A stretch of 64,000 nucleotides of DNA from the NCBI GenBank assembly GCA_043228905.1, contig JBHGNT010000001.1:21700001-21764000 (forward strand), in the 5' to 3' direction. The stretch is from Azolla caroliniana. Its lineage: Eukaryota; Plantae; Polypodiophyta. The notes beneath the pieces were generated by a model that had not been told where the DNA came from, searched no databases, and worked only from the letters and a program-made list of their open reading frames with translations. A program made the position numbers and the translations under genes. Each line of letters begins with the position of its first letter. The stretch's first letter is position 1. Shown piece by piece: positions 1 through 12,626 of the stretch.

Positions 1-816
1 GTGCCATCCACCTTGCGAAGAATGCGGCCTATCACTCCCGGACGAAGCACATCCAGCGTAGATACCACTGGATCCGGGAAAGGATAGAAGACAAGGAGTT
101 CATGCTAACGAAGATCCACACGGACGAGAACGGGTCGGATATGCTGACCAAGGTACTCACACCCGACAAGCTGGAAGCATGCCGGAAGAGGATCGGATTG
201 GAGAGACATCCCATGCCGAAGTGAAGGGGGATTTTGTTGGGATTACGGTCCCTCCGGATGGGATGGTCGGATGTCCGGGAATCGGATGATGAAGACCCTG
301 GCTACGGAGCCGGATGCTGAAGACCCCGGTTACGGAGCCGGATGACGAATGTACCCGGAGAGAGATCCGGATGCGGGGACATATTTGTGAAAATGTTTTG
401 CCAAGAGCCCTTGAGGCTATATTTTGTAAATAGCCCGAAAGTCATATGTGTATAAATATGACTTAGGGCAAACAGTTTAAATGTTGTTGCTCATTTTTCT
501 GGTTTCACTTAGAGAGAGTTAAGTGAGCAGCAGAGAGAGAGAGAGAGAGACGAAGAGGTCGACGCCTCTGTGTATTACCGCCGCCTGTGGCGAAGACAGT
601 GAGCTCAAGGTTGTTGTCTTGTAGCTTCACCATTGTACATCTCTGTGTATAGTGATAGTTGGAGTTTGAGGACTCCCGTGGTTTTTCCCATTTAGGGTTT
701 TCCACGTAAAACACCCTGTGTACTCTTCTCTCTATTGTCTTCGTGCATTCTGTATTTCCCGTTTTCTGTGAGTTGATCCTATTCCTCGGTTTGTGACCGA
801 GCGCTGTTTTGCAACA
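1..816 (+). mobile_element. 3' end of a Ty1/Copia element: RNase H C-terminus, PPT and 3' LTR (235-816)
   Basis: The + frame reads AIHLAKNAAYHSRTKHIQRRYHWIRE...GSDMLTK (Copia RNase H) with a stop at 222-224. PPT AGGGGG is at 225-230. The LTR runs TGTTG(235)...CAACA(816) and has ~28-bp tandem repeats at ~285-370. It is inserted into the RT of the minus-strand Copia A. Confidence 0.9.
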
Positions 817-2936
817 CTTCGGTTGTGACAACCATAGCAACTTTTGAGTTCTGTCTCGAACTATGTGCATTCCCAAGATTTGTTTAGCCAGTCCAAGGTC
901 TTTCATGGCAAATGATTTGCCGAGAGCTTTCTTCAAGCTTCCAATCTTCCTTGTATCTTGACCGACTATCAACATGTCATCGACATATAGCAAGAGAATC
1001 AAGAAGTCTCCTTCTTTGAACCTTTTGATGAACACACAGTGATCGACATGTGTTTTCTAGAACCAGTGTTCCATCATGAAGGACTCGAACTTCTTGTACC
1101 ATTGGCGTGGAGCTTGTTTCAGACCGTACAAGCTTTTCTTCAGTCGACACACCAGACTCTCTTTCCCTTTCTCTTCAAAGCGTTCGGGTTGCTCCATATA
1201 GATTTCTTCTTCTAGCTCCCCGTGCAGAAATGTGATTTTGACATCCAGCAGTTCGATCTCCAGATCCATACTGGCCGCTATGCTCAAAACAGTTCGGATG
1301 GATGTCATCTTAACGACTGGTGCGAATATTTCATCAAAGTCGACGCCCTTCTTCTGCTGGAAACCCTTTATCACTATGCGGGCTTTATACCTGGGCTCAT
1401 TGTCGGCTTCTCCAGTCTTCACCTTGTAGACCCACTTATTCCTGAGTGCTTTTTTACCTTTCGGCAGCTCTACTAGGTCATAGGTGTAGTTCTCGTGCAA
1501 GGATTCCATCTCATCTTGCATCGCGCTCAGCCATTTCTCTCTGTGCTCATCAACAATGACTTCTTTGTAGCACTCCGGTTCACCTTCATCAGTCAAGAGG
1601 ATGTATTGGCTGGCATATGTAGTCGGTGACTTCCTCTCCCTGAGTGGATATCTTCTTCCACTCTTTGTTGGTTGTCTTTTGGATGTCTCTGCCAACTCTT
1701 CTCTCTGCTAGGGATCCTGCTCGTCAATCGGCCTCTCCTGGTTTGACAACTCCAACTCTAGCTCATATTCATCAATTGACATTTGCAGCTCTGCCGACCT
1801 TGACTCGTAGTTAGTCGGTCTCCCCGAGTCAACCGACTCGGATTCGGCTCTGTCGGCTAGTTGTCTCCTTACAGCTGTCGGTGATGACTCACTTGGCCTT
1901 AAGTTGATGGTAGTCGGGTTTAACTGGGTAGTCGATTCCGACTTCTGTTGCTTCCAGTCTTCATACTTCTTGTCTTCCAAAAAGTCTACATCCCGACTTC
2001 TCACTACCTTCTTGTCGACTAGATCCCATAGCTTGTAGCCAAATTCATCTTCCGAGTATCCCATGAATATGCATGCTTTCAACTTGCTATCGAGCTTTGA
2101 TCTCTGATCTTTTGGTACATGCATGTACGCGAGACATCCGAACACCCTCAGATGCTAGTAGGAGACATCCTTCCCCATCCACAACCTTTGTGGGACATCA
2201 CCCTTCAATGGTACTGAGGGAGACCTGTGATCATATAAACGGTTGTGTACATCGCCTCAACCCAATAGGATTTCGGCAGTTTTGCATGAGAGAGCATGCT
2301 CCTTACTCTCTCCATGATCGTTCGATTCCTCTTCTCTACAAGCCTGTTCAACTCTGGGGTCTTTGGCACTGTGTATTTGATCCGAATACCTTGGCTCTTG
2401 CAGTATTCCTCGAACCGCCCTTTGTACTCGCCACTGTTGTCGGTTCAGAAAGCCTTCAACTTCCGACCCGACTCTCTTTCGGTTCTAGCCTGGAACTCCT
2501 TGAAAACTGATAGTACTTGATCCTTCGACTTCAGCACGAAGGCCCATGTCTTCCGACTATATTCATCAATGAACGTCACATAGTACTATCCACCACGATG
2601 TGATGGAGAATCAACATAGCACACACCCGTGTGTACTAGTTCCAGTGCAACCTCTCTTCTTCTCGGTGGTTGTTACCGGCCGGCAAAGAAGGCTTAAGGA
2701 GGTCCAAACCAGAGTGTGAAAGGAGTAGTTATTCGGGAACTGTTGTAATTAGTAGTCTTATTATATACATATTATTATATAAGAAGATGTGGACGGACGG
2801 ACCGGAATCGTTATGCCGATCCGGTTCCGGAACGATTCCATAAAGGTGCCGGTTGGCACCGTTTTGTATTTCGCACCGGAGACCTATATAAAGGTCCGGT
2901 TACAATGTAATTGGGAGCGGATAATTAATAAAGCGT

Positions 2937-3581
2937 TGTCGCGTTACTTTGCGCGTGCGTGGAGAAACGAGGCGGGACCACCGGGGTCTTGAACCGAAGA
3001 GCAGGTGATAGAAGGGGAAAGAGAAGGAGAGAGACGCCCGGTCACGTATGAGCAAAGAAACACCGGGGCATGGCCCGTCAACACAGAAGACGCGAATGGA
3101 CACAGAGACAGGGGGAGACAAGTGTTTGTATATTAACGAATAGCAAGTACACAACAGAACACGCGAGCGGCTACAACCGAACAGGCCGGCGAACAGATGC
3201 CGATGCCTGTTCATCTGCGCACGAAATGGGGATAGGATGGAAGTGCTGCCGGAAGCACACGGGCGTTCCTCGAAGCAGCGCGAGCCTCCCGAAACCTGCA
3301 GAGAAGAGAAACAGAGAACAGACAGAGGAGAAGCGTTCGGTTCCGGTCCGACAGCACTTCGTCCTCAATGCGCGATCCCCTCTCCCTGCGTCTCCCTCTA
3401 CTTTATAGCGTCAAGAAGGGAGCCGTCTCCCTCATTTACTTCCTACCTACCGAATCTAACTACCCCAGATCTCTCTCTGTACCTAATTCTCTATTATATA
3501 CATTAAGAGCGCGCACACGTGAAGGGCCGGTTCATGTGCGCTATCCACCGATTGCGCTAGGGGACGGTTTTCTTCACGACA
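2937..3581 (-). repeat. Gypsy Y LTR copy 1 (645 bp, solo-LTR configuration)
   Basis: TGTCGCG...CACGACA, flanked by GCGT and GCAT. The empty site is visible at 9678-9681 (GTGT). Confidence 0.88.
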
Positions 3582-3910
3582 GCATATTGTCTTAACCTTC
3601 AAGTGTTGATTACCGTTCTGTATTTATTGTTATATCTTACGCGTGTTAATTACGGATGGCTAAGTAATCGATTAGGGTCTAATTAAGCGTTGTGTCGTAA
3701 GTCATTTTGCCGTACCACCCTTTGGTGATGTGTCTTAAGTGGACCCCCTATGTTAGGCTGTTGTCCGGCCCTAGCAATAACACAGCATTTGGTGGTCCAA
3801 ACCAGAGTGTGAAAGGAATAGTTATTCGGGAACTGTTGTAATTAGTAGTCTTATTATATGCATATTATTATATAAGAAGATGTGGACGGACGGACCGGAA
3901 TTGGTATGCC

Positions 3911-6424
3911 CTAAACCCACCCGTGCTTAGTGTTGATCGACCATTTCCCCTTTTTGTAGAAGTCCATGGACATCAGGTTTATTACCGAACCGTGGTCCAC
4001 CAGTGCCACCACCGGTTCCTGAACATCTCCGATCTTCACTGGGGTTTCCGTGTTCGCTCGGGCCCAGTGTGGCCTCGAATAGTGGCTCTCCGTCCACTCG
4101 TCTTCCAGCGCCATGTCCTCTATGTGCGCCGTCCGCACTTCCACCGGCCTTTCCGGTTCTGCCTCTATCGACAGCCTCTTCCTCTTCACCAAGTCCACGA
4201 TGAAGTCGTGGAACTCCTTCTTGGCTATCCCGAGCACCTCTCGCAATGACAGTTCCACCTTGCTGTCGAGGATTCGTTCTTCCAGGACCTTTCGTAGGTC
4301 CGTGGTCCTTTCGATCTCCGTGCCTAACCGATAACCACCCTTCTTGTGGTTATCCTGGGCACTGGACTCACCGGCCTCCATCCATTTCGGCCCGAATCGG
4401 GTTTCGTATCTCTGTGAGGGTCCGTCCCCTCCGTTTTTACCTACCCGTTTGTCTTCAACCAGAGCCTCGTAGTTTTGGCAGCTGCTTCGACGAAACCCGT
4501 CTTTTCTTTGACCGGGTCACTCCATCCAGTTACCTCCTAGACCCGCTTCTCCGCGCGGTCCGCGTTGTCTCTCTTCAGTCGGGCACCGGCGAGGCCTTGC
4601 AACACCGTCAGCCAGAATTTGGCTTTGCTCTCCTTCCGGGCCCCGCTGCCCCCGACCCGAATACCGGCTGACGCTGAGTAGTGGACGGTCTCCGCGTGCC
4701 GGGCTGCCACCTCTTCCATCAGCCTTTTCATTCCTCCTCTCCCGTCGTTTCGGTTCAGGACCCTCCGGGTATCGCTAGCATGCACCCCACCTTCCCACAG
4801 GTACACTATTTGGCTTCTCAAAGCCTCCATAAAGTCCCTCAGTCTTTCCGGATGTGGCCTACCTCGTCGCACCACATGCACCTACTTCCTGCCGGAGGCC
4901 GTCGGTCATGAGCCAGATCGCCGCCATCCCTCCGAGCCTGGGCGATCTGGAGATCCTTTACCGCTCGTGTCAACTCCTCCAGAGCTGTTCCCCCGCACGA
5001 GCCTCTGATCATGCCGGTCGACGGCGAACCGGTTACGAGCCACTCCCGGGTCTCTTCCCTTCGTGCCTGCGGTATTGGTTTAAGCTTCCTTGCTGCGACA
5101 GGTCCCGCCCCTGTCGCCTCTGTATTAGCCTACTCCCACCATTTGTCAAAACGGCCGTAGACTCTCTTTACCGCGGCCCAATCGATCGTCAGCCTGTCTT
5201 CGGTTTCCAGTAAGGAGCCAACTTGCCCCCGATCCCGTGTGTCAACCGATTTGACAAATAGTTGGACACGACTTGTGTCCAAAACAGTATGATCGAGCGC
5301 CGAAAGGCACGCAAAGCGTTCCTCAAACTCCCGGAGGAGTACCGACACATTTCTTCCTTTGTTGGGGGACTCCACCCACTCCATGAAGCTCCGCTTCGAA
5401 AGTCGAAGCGCGTCATCCAACCCGTATTTCTCCAGGAGCCGTCCTTCGAACTCTTCCCAGGTCCGGCTCTCCGCACGGACCTCGAGTACATCCGCATGGA
5501 TGCCTGGCATCGCCACTCGAGGGAATCCGGCAAGACACCTCTCCTCCGGAATATCCCTCATCAACATCTCCGCCCGATAGGACGCCAAATAACTCGTGGC
5601 ATCCTTTCCACTGAACCGGCCGATCATACCGACGATCGCCTCAATAGCCCTGTCAAGGGCGCCGGTGCCCTCGCACGCGCTCACTATCCGGTCCACTGCC
5701 GAAGCCATGGCCTCTGCAAGATCCGACCCCCTCAACTTTTGCTCCTTTGCCGCCTGCTTCACGTTGGGTTCACCAAAGATGTCGCGTTACTACGCGCGTG
5801 CATGGAGAAACGAGGCGGGACCACCGGGGTCTTGAACCGAAGAGCAGGTGATAGAAGGGGAAAGAGAAGGAGAGGGACGCCCGGTCACTTATGAGCAAAG
5901 TAACACAGGGGCGTGGCCCGTCAACACAGAAGACGCCAATGGACACAGAGACAGGGGGAGACAAGTGTTTGTATATTAACGAATAGCAAGTCCACAACAG
6001 AACACGCGAGCGGCTACAACCGAACATGCCGGCGAACAGATGCCGATGCCTGTTTGTCTTCGCACGAAATGGGGATAGGATGGAGGTGCTGCCGGAAGCA
6101 CACGGGCGTTCCTCGAAGCAGCGCGAGCCTCCCGAAACCTGCAGAGAAGAGCAACAGAGAACAGATAGAGGAGAAGCGTTCGGTTCCGGTCCGACAGCAC
6201 TTCGTCCTCAATGCGCGATCCCCTCTCCCTGCGTCTCCCTCTCCTTTATAGCGTCAAGAAGGGAGCCGTCTCCCTCATTTACTTACTGCCTACCGAATCT
6301 AACTACCCCGGATCTCTCTCTGTACCTAATTCTCTATTATATACATTAAGAGCGCGCACACGTGAAGGGCCGGTTCATGTGCGCTATCCACCGATTGCGC
6401 TAGGGGATAGTTTTCTTCATGACA
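3911..6424 (-). mobile_element. Gypsy Y segment 1: 5' LTR (5780-6424), tRNA-Trp PBS (5758-5775), gag, CCHC and protease, truncated
   Basis: The gag ORF is at 5130-5762 and protease VALVDHGS lies in 3911-4381. It is homologous to gag-PR of the element at 27799-35412. Confidence 0.88.
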
Positions 6425-6753
6425 TCGTATTGTCTTAACCTTCAAGTGTTGATTACCGTTCTGTATTTATTGTTATATCTTACGCGTGCTAATTACGGAT
6501 GGCTAAGTAATCGATTAGGGTCTAATTAAGCGTTGTGCCGTAAGTCATTCTGCCGTACCACCTTTTGGTGACGTGTCTTAAGTGGACACCCTGTGTTAGG
6601 TTGTTGTCTGGCCCTAGCAATAACACAACATTTGGTGGTCCAAACCAGAGTGTGAAAGGAATAGTTATTCGGGAACTGTTGTAATTAGTAGTCTTATTAT
6701 ATACATATTATTATATAAGAAGATGTGGACGGACGGACCGGAATCGGTATGCC

Positions 6754-9233
6754 CTAAACCCACCCGTGCTTAGTGTTGATCGACCATTTCCCCTTTTTGT
6801 AGAAGTCCATGGACATCAGGTTTATTTCCGAACCGTGGTCCACCAGTGCCACCACCGGTTCCTGAACATCTCTGATCTTCATCGGGGTTTCCGTGGTCGC
6901 TCGGGCCCAGTGTGGCCTCGAATAGTGGCTCTCCGCCCACTCGTCTTCCAGCGCCATGTCCTCTATGTGCGCCGTCCGCACTTCCACCGGTCTTTCCGGT
7001 TCTGCCTCTGTCGACAGCCTCTTCCTCTTCACCAAGTCCACGATGGAGTCGTAGAACTCCTTCTTGGCTATCCCGAGCAGCTCTCCCAACGACAGTTCCA
7101 CCTTGCTGTCGAGGATTCGTTCTTCCAGGACCTTTCGTAGGTCCGTGGTCCTTTCGATCTCCGTGCCCAACCGATAACCGCCCTTCTTGTGGTTATCCCG
7201 GGCACTGGACTCACCGGGCTCGATCCGTTTCGGCCTGAATCGGGTTTCGTATCTCTGTGAGGGTTCGGCCCCTCCGTTCTTACCTACCCGTTAGTCTTCA
7301 ACCAGAGCCTCGTAGTTCTGGCAAGCTGCTTCGACGAAACCCGTCTTTTCTTCGACCGGGTCACTCCATCCGGTTACCTCCTGGACCCGTTTCTCCGCGC
7401 GGTCCGCCTCGTTTCTCTTCAATCGGGCACCGGCGAGGCCTTGCAGCACCGTCGGCCAGAATTCGGCTTTGCTCTCCTTCCGGGCCCCGCTGCCCCCGAC
7501 CCGAATACCGGCTGACGCTGAGTAGTGGACGGTCTCCGCGTGCTGGGCTGCCGCCTCTTCCATCAGCCTTTTCATTCCTCCTCTCCCGTCGTTTCGGTTC
7601 AAGGCCCTCCGGGTATCGCTGGCGTGCACCCGACCTTCCCACAGGTACACTATCCGGCTTCTCAAAGCCTCTATAAAGTTCCCGCAGTCTTTCTGGATGT
7701 GGCCGACCTCGTCGCACCACATGCACCTACTTCCTGCCGGAGGCCGTCGGTCACGAGCCTGATCCTTTACCGCTCGTGTCAACTCCTCCAGAGCTGTTCC
7801 CACGGAAGAGCCTCTGATCACGCTGGTCGAAGGCGAACCGGTTTCGAGCCACTCCTGGGTCTCTTCCCTTCGTGCCTGCGGTATTGGTTCGAGCTGCCTT
7901 GCTGCGATAGGTCCCGCCCCTGTCGCCTTTGTATCAGCCCACTCCCAACGTTTGTCAAAAACGGCCGCAAACTCTCTTTACCGCGGCCCAGTCGGTCGTC
8001 AGGCCACTTTCGGTTTCCACTAAGGAGCCAACTTGCCCCCGATCCCGTGCGTCAACGGATTTGACAAATAGTAGGACACGACTTGTGTCCAGAACAGTCC
8101 GATCGAGCGCCGAAAGGCACGCAAAGCGTTCCTCAAACTCCCGGAGGAGTACCGACGCATTTCTTCCTTTGTTGGGGGACTCCACCCACTCCATGAAGCT
8201 CCGCTTCGAAAGTCGAAGCACGTAATCTAGCCCGTATTTCTCCAGGAGCCATCCTTCGAACTCTTACCAGGTCCGGCTCACCGCCCGGACCTCGAGTACA
8301 TCCGCATGGATGCCTGGCATCGCCACTCGAGGGAATCCGGAAAGACGCCTCTCGTCCGGAATATCCCTCATCAACATCTCCGCCCGATAGGACGCCAAAT
8401 AACTCGTGGAATCCTTTTCACTGACCGGCCGATCATACCGACGATCGCCTCAATAGCCCTGTCAAGGGCGTTGGTGCCCTCGCGCGCGCTCACTATCCGG
8501 TCCACGGCCGAAGCCATGGCCTCTGCAAGATCCGACCCCTTCATCTTCTGCTCCTCTGCCGCCTGCTTCACGTTGGGTTCACCAAAGATGCCGCGTTACT
8601 ACGCGCGTGCGTGGAGAAACGAGGCGGGACCACCGGGGTCTTGAACCGAAGAGCAGGTGATAGAAGGGGAAAGAGAAGGAGAGAGACGCCCGGTCACGTA
8701 TGAGCAAAGAAACACAGGGGCATGGCCCGTCAACACAGAAGACGCCAATGGACACAGAGACAGGGGGAGGCAAGTGTTTGTATATTAACGAATAGCAAGT
8801 ACACAGCAGAACACGCGAGCGGCTACAACCGAACAGGCCGGCGAACAGATGCTGATGCCTGTTCGTCTTCGCACGAAATGGGGATAGGATGGAGGTGCTG
8901 CCGGAAGCACACTGGCGTTCCTCGAAGCAGCGCGAGCCTCCCGAAACCTGCAGAGAAGAGCAACAGAGAACAGATAGAGGAGAAGCGTTCGGTTCCGGTC
9001 CGACAACACTTCGTCCTCAATGCGCGATCCCCTCTCCTTGCGTCTCCCTCTCCTTTATAGCGTCAAGAAGGGAGCCGTCTCCCTCATTTACTTCCTGCCT
9101 ACCGAATCTAACTACCCCGGATCTCTCTCTGTACCTAATTCTCTATTATATACATTAAGAGCGCGCACACGTGAAGGGCCGGTTCATGTGCGCTATCCAC
9201 CGATTGCGCTAGGGGACGGTTTTCTTCATGACA
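6754..9233 (-). mobile_element. Gypsy Y segment 2: 5' LTR (8589-9233), PBS (8567-8584), gag, CCHC and protease, truncated at the same junction
   Basis: CMWCDEVGHIQKDC knuckle (7291-7821) and VALVDHGSEINL (6754-7170). The breakpoint GGTATGCC|CTAAACCC is the same as at 3910/3911. Confidence 0.88.
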
Positions 9234-12200
9234 GCGTATTGTCTTAACCTTCAAGTGTTGATTACCGTTCTGTATTTATTGTTATATCTTACGCGTGTTA
9301 ATTACGGATGGCTAAGTAATCGATTAGGGTCTAATTAAGCGTTGTGCTGTAAGTCATTCTGCCGTACCACCCTTTGGTGACGTGTCTTAAGTGGACACCC
9401 TGTGTTAGGTTGTTGTTTGGCCCTAGCAATAACACAACTTTTGGTGGTCCAAACCAGATTGTGAAAGGAATAGTTATTCAGGAACTGTTGTAATTAGTAG
9501 TCTTATTATATACATATTATTATATAAGAAGATGTGGACGGACGAACCAGAATCGGTATGCCGATCCGGATCCGGAACGATTCCGTAAAGGTGCCGGTTG
9601 GCACCGTTTTGTATTTTGCACCGGAGACCTATATAAAGGCCCGGTTACAATGCAATCAGGAGCGGATAATTAATAAAGTGTATTGTCTTAACCTTCAAGT
9701 GTTGATTATCATTCTGTATTTATTGTTATATCTTACGCGTGTTAATTACGGATGGCTAAGTAATTGATTAGGGTCTAATTAAGCGTTGTGCCATAAGTCA
9801 TTCTGCCGTACCACCCTTTGGTGACGTTTCTTAAGTGGATACCCTGTGTTAGGCTGATGTCCGGCCCTAGCAATAACAGTGGTCTTGTGTGGAATGCAAC
9901 TGTTATGTGCTTTCCGGCTAAGCAGTCGACGCACTTCTCTAGATGCATGCCCTTGACTTCTGGTAGAAGTTTCTGGTCGGCTAACAGGTGCATTCCCTTG
10001 TCACTCATGTGTCCTAGCCTCGTATGCCCTATCTCACCTACCGAGTCAGTTGCAACATTTACTTCCGATTTGCATAGTCGGGCATGCATCATGTACAATG
10101 TGCCTTCTTTTTGTGCTCGGGCCACTATAAGATTTCCTCGATAGAATTTCCACTCGCCATTTCGAAAGCTACCACTATAGCCTTCATCATCTAACCTTCT
10201 AGTCGATATCAGATTCAATATGATATCGGGGACGTGTCGAACATCCTTCAGTGTCTGTCGACACCCTGTCGACATCGTTAAGCAAACACTTCCGACTCTG
10301 GTTACCCTGCACTCTCCACTGTCACCCATCTTTACATAGCCATGATCCCCGACTATGTAAGTCGAGAAATACTCTCTCGACGGAGTTGTGTGGAACGATG
10401 CCCCAGAATCAATCACCCATGTGCAATCTTCCCTTGCAAGATTTGCACTCATATGTTCACAAATGAACAGGAGTTCTTCATTGCTCGTAGCAATGGCTGA
10501 AGTGTTCTTCTCATCAGGAATCTTCTTGGGTTCGACATTATTTCCGACACTCTTATCTTTCTTTAAGTGTCGATAGTCCTTTTGGAAGTGTCCAGGCTTT
10601 CCACAATAAAAGCACACGGGCTTACCTCTGGACTTCGATCTGGCGTGGGATTTGTCTGTTCATTGCGGACTTCTTCTTCGCCGGTCTCTTCCTTTGTCCA
10701 TATGTTGAGTTAGATTCGACTCTGATTGGGATAGGACTCCTTTGTCTTTCTTCCTTGCCTCCTCATTTAGGATGCTTGTCTTCACCGTTTGTAAAGACTA
10801 GTTCTCTTCTTGACAGGAGGTGTTGAGAGTAACCACCAAGCTCTCCTAGCTGTCCGGCAGTGTGCACATCAGCAGGATGGCCTGCATTGCATCATCCAAG
10901 GGAAACTTGGTCGCAGCAAGTTGATTTACATATCCCATGAATGTGTTGATGTGTTCGACGATGCTCTCACCATCTCTGTATTTGAGCCATACGATTTTTA
11001 TTGAGCGCGTTCTTCTTATGATATAGACCCGACAACTTCTACCACATCTCGTGAGCATTTGTGTTGTTCGCCACATGTTGGAGGACACTTACATCGACGC
11101 ATTGTCGGATAGTGGCCAAGACTTTCTATTCAGAAGCTTCCAATTTGACTCCAATACCCCCCCTGGGTATTTCTGCTCTGTCGACTGGCTCGTGCAGGTC
11201 TTTAACTATGAGAAGGTCTTCCTTCTTGATCTTCCAGTCTGCATAGTTCTGTGAGTTGAGAACTATCATACCTAGGAAACCGCTCACACCTCCTTCCATG
11301 CTTGCACCTCAAGCTCTGATACCATTTTGTTGAGAAATCGTTCGGTTGAATCACAATAAATGAACTGTGCTGAAATACGAATCACAGATATGCCAGAAAA
11401 GAAAACAGGACAACAATTGGTGCACAGAGATTTAACGTGGAAACCCTAAAACGGGAGAAAACCACGGAGAATAGAATGTTACGCTCGTGGCTGATACAAC
11501 CACAGAGATAGAGTGAGAGAATAGAAGAGATAGGGTATAGTGGATATACAACACTCTTACGAGTGTATCAGCCACGTAGACCTCTTGGCGTCTGCTGTTA
11601 CGCACACAGCTATGGAGCCGCACTCACTCTCCTTCTCTCTCTCTTTGCTCACACCTCACGCTCTTCTTCTAGTGCTACCTCACTCTATCTCTTCTATTCT
11701 CTCACTCTCGTTTTTCCCTAAGTGTATTTATACTTATACACTGTATGGGCTATTTACAAATGTAGCCTCTACTACGTATCATTATTATTATTATTGCTAT
11801 AATAATAATAGTCGAACTATCAAACAGTCGACTCACTATTTTCGACTCTTCAATTGTCGGCTTTCCGAACAGTCGGATCTTCCCCGTCTTCGACTGTCGG
11901 CACTCCTTGGTCCGATCAGTCGGCTCCTCGTAGTCATCGACTGTTAGCAACTTTTGGACAATCGGTTCCTCCTCCCACTGGAGGGACATATACCCAACAC
12001 ATTGTAACTACGTACTTATTGAGTTCGAAAGTTAATGTAACATTGCCTTCCTTTGAGCACATCTCTCCTTCCCTCTCTCTTTGTAATGTGCATATTTCGA
12101 CTTACGTTGTTCGCTAGACGGATCGACAAGTCCTCAATCTCACTTCCGCACCAACATCTCTATACTATGCTCCATCAAGTGGTATCAGAGAGACTTGTGG

Positions 12201-12626
12201 TCCGGTGACAATAACAATGGAAACTTGAGAGGAGAACAATCAACTGAAGGAAAGGAACGAGTCAGTAAATCTTACTTCCCATAGAACATGGTCTCTACAT
12301 CCGGTACTGGAGTATAAATGTGAAAGATCGATGACAAGAACTTTGCCCTATGGAAGGAGATGATGCAATATGTATTGATCATCCGACATCAAATTGAGGC
12401 AATATGGCACAACAACAAGCTAACCTTGATGATAGTATACAAATGGTGCTCACTTGTTGAAATAGTCAAGTTGACTATTCGAATGCACTTGACCGAAAAG
12501 GTCTACTTCAGTATGGCCAAAGAAACAACGACATTTACCTTGTGGGAGAAACTCCAAGCCATTTATGAGAAGCAGTCCTCATCAAAGCTCATATTGATTC
12601 GAGAGTTGTTCAATATGAAGATGAGA

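Larger units (their letters stand above)
2671..9878. mobile_element. Composite insertion: LTR element X (+, internally deleted) carrying a tandem array of Gypsy element Y segments
   Basis: Ends are TGTTA...TAACA, flanked by the 5-bp TSD GTGGT (2666-2670 and 9879-9883). The X LTR has TATA CTATATAAA (~2884) and AATAAA (~2926). Repeat period is ~2.8 kb. Confidence 0.88.
817..11999 (-). mobile_element. Degenerate Ty1/Copia element A (Tnt1-like gag-PR-INT-RT), interrupted at 2671-9878
   Basis: The 5' LTR is TGTTG(11328)...CAACA(11999) and the PBS TGGTATCAGAGC (tRNA-Met) is at 11313-11324. Motifs are zinc knuckle CFYCGKPGH and protease WVIDSGAS (9775-10617 ORF), integrase (~1708-2665), and RT SLYGLKQAPRQW and LLYVDD (817-1695). 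There are several stops and frameshifts. Confidence 0.92.

Noticed and set aside
2671-3782. Cassandra TRIM
   Set aside because: No 5S rRNA-like A/IE/C boxes are recognisable in X.
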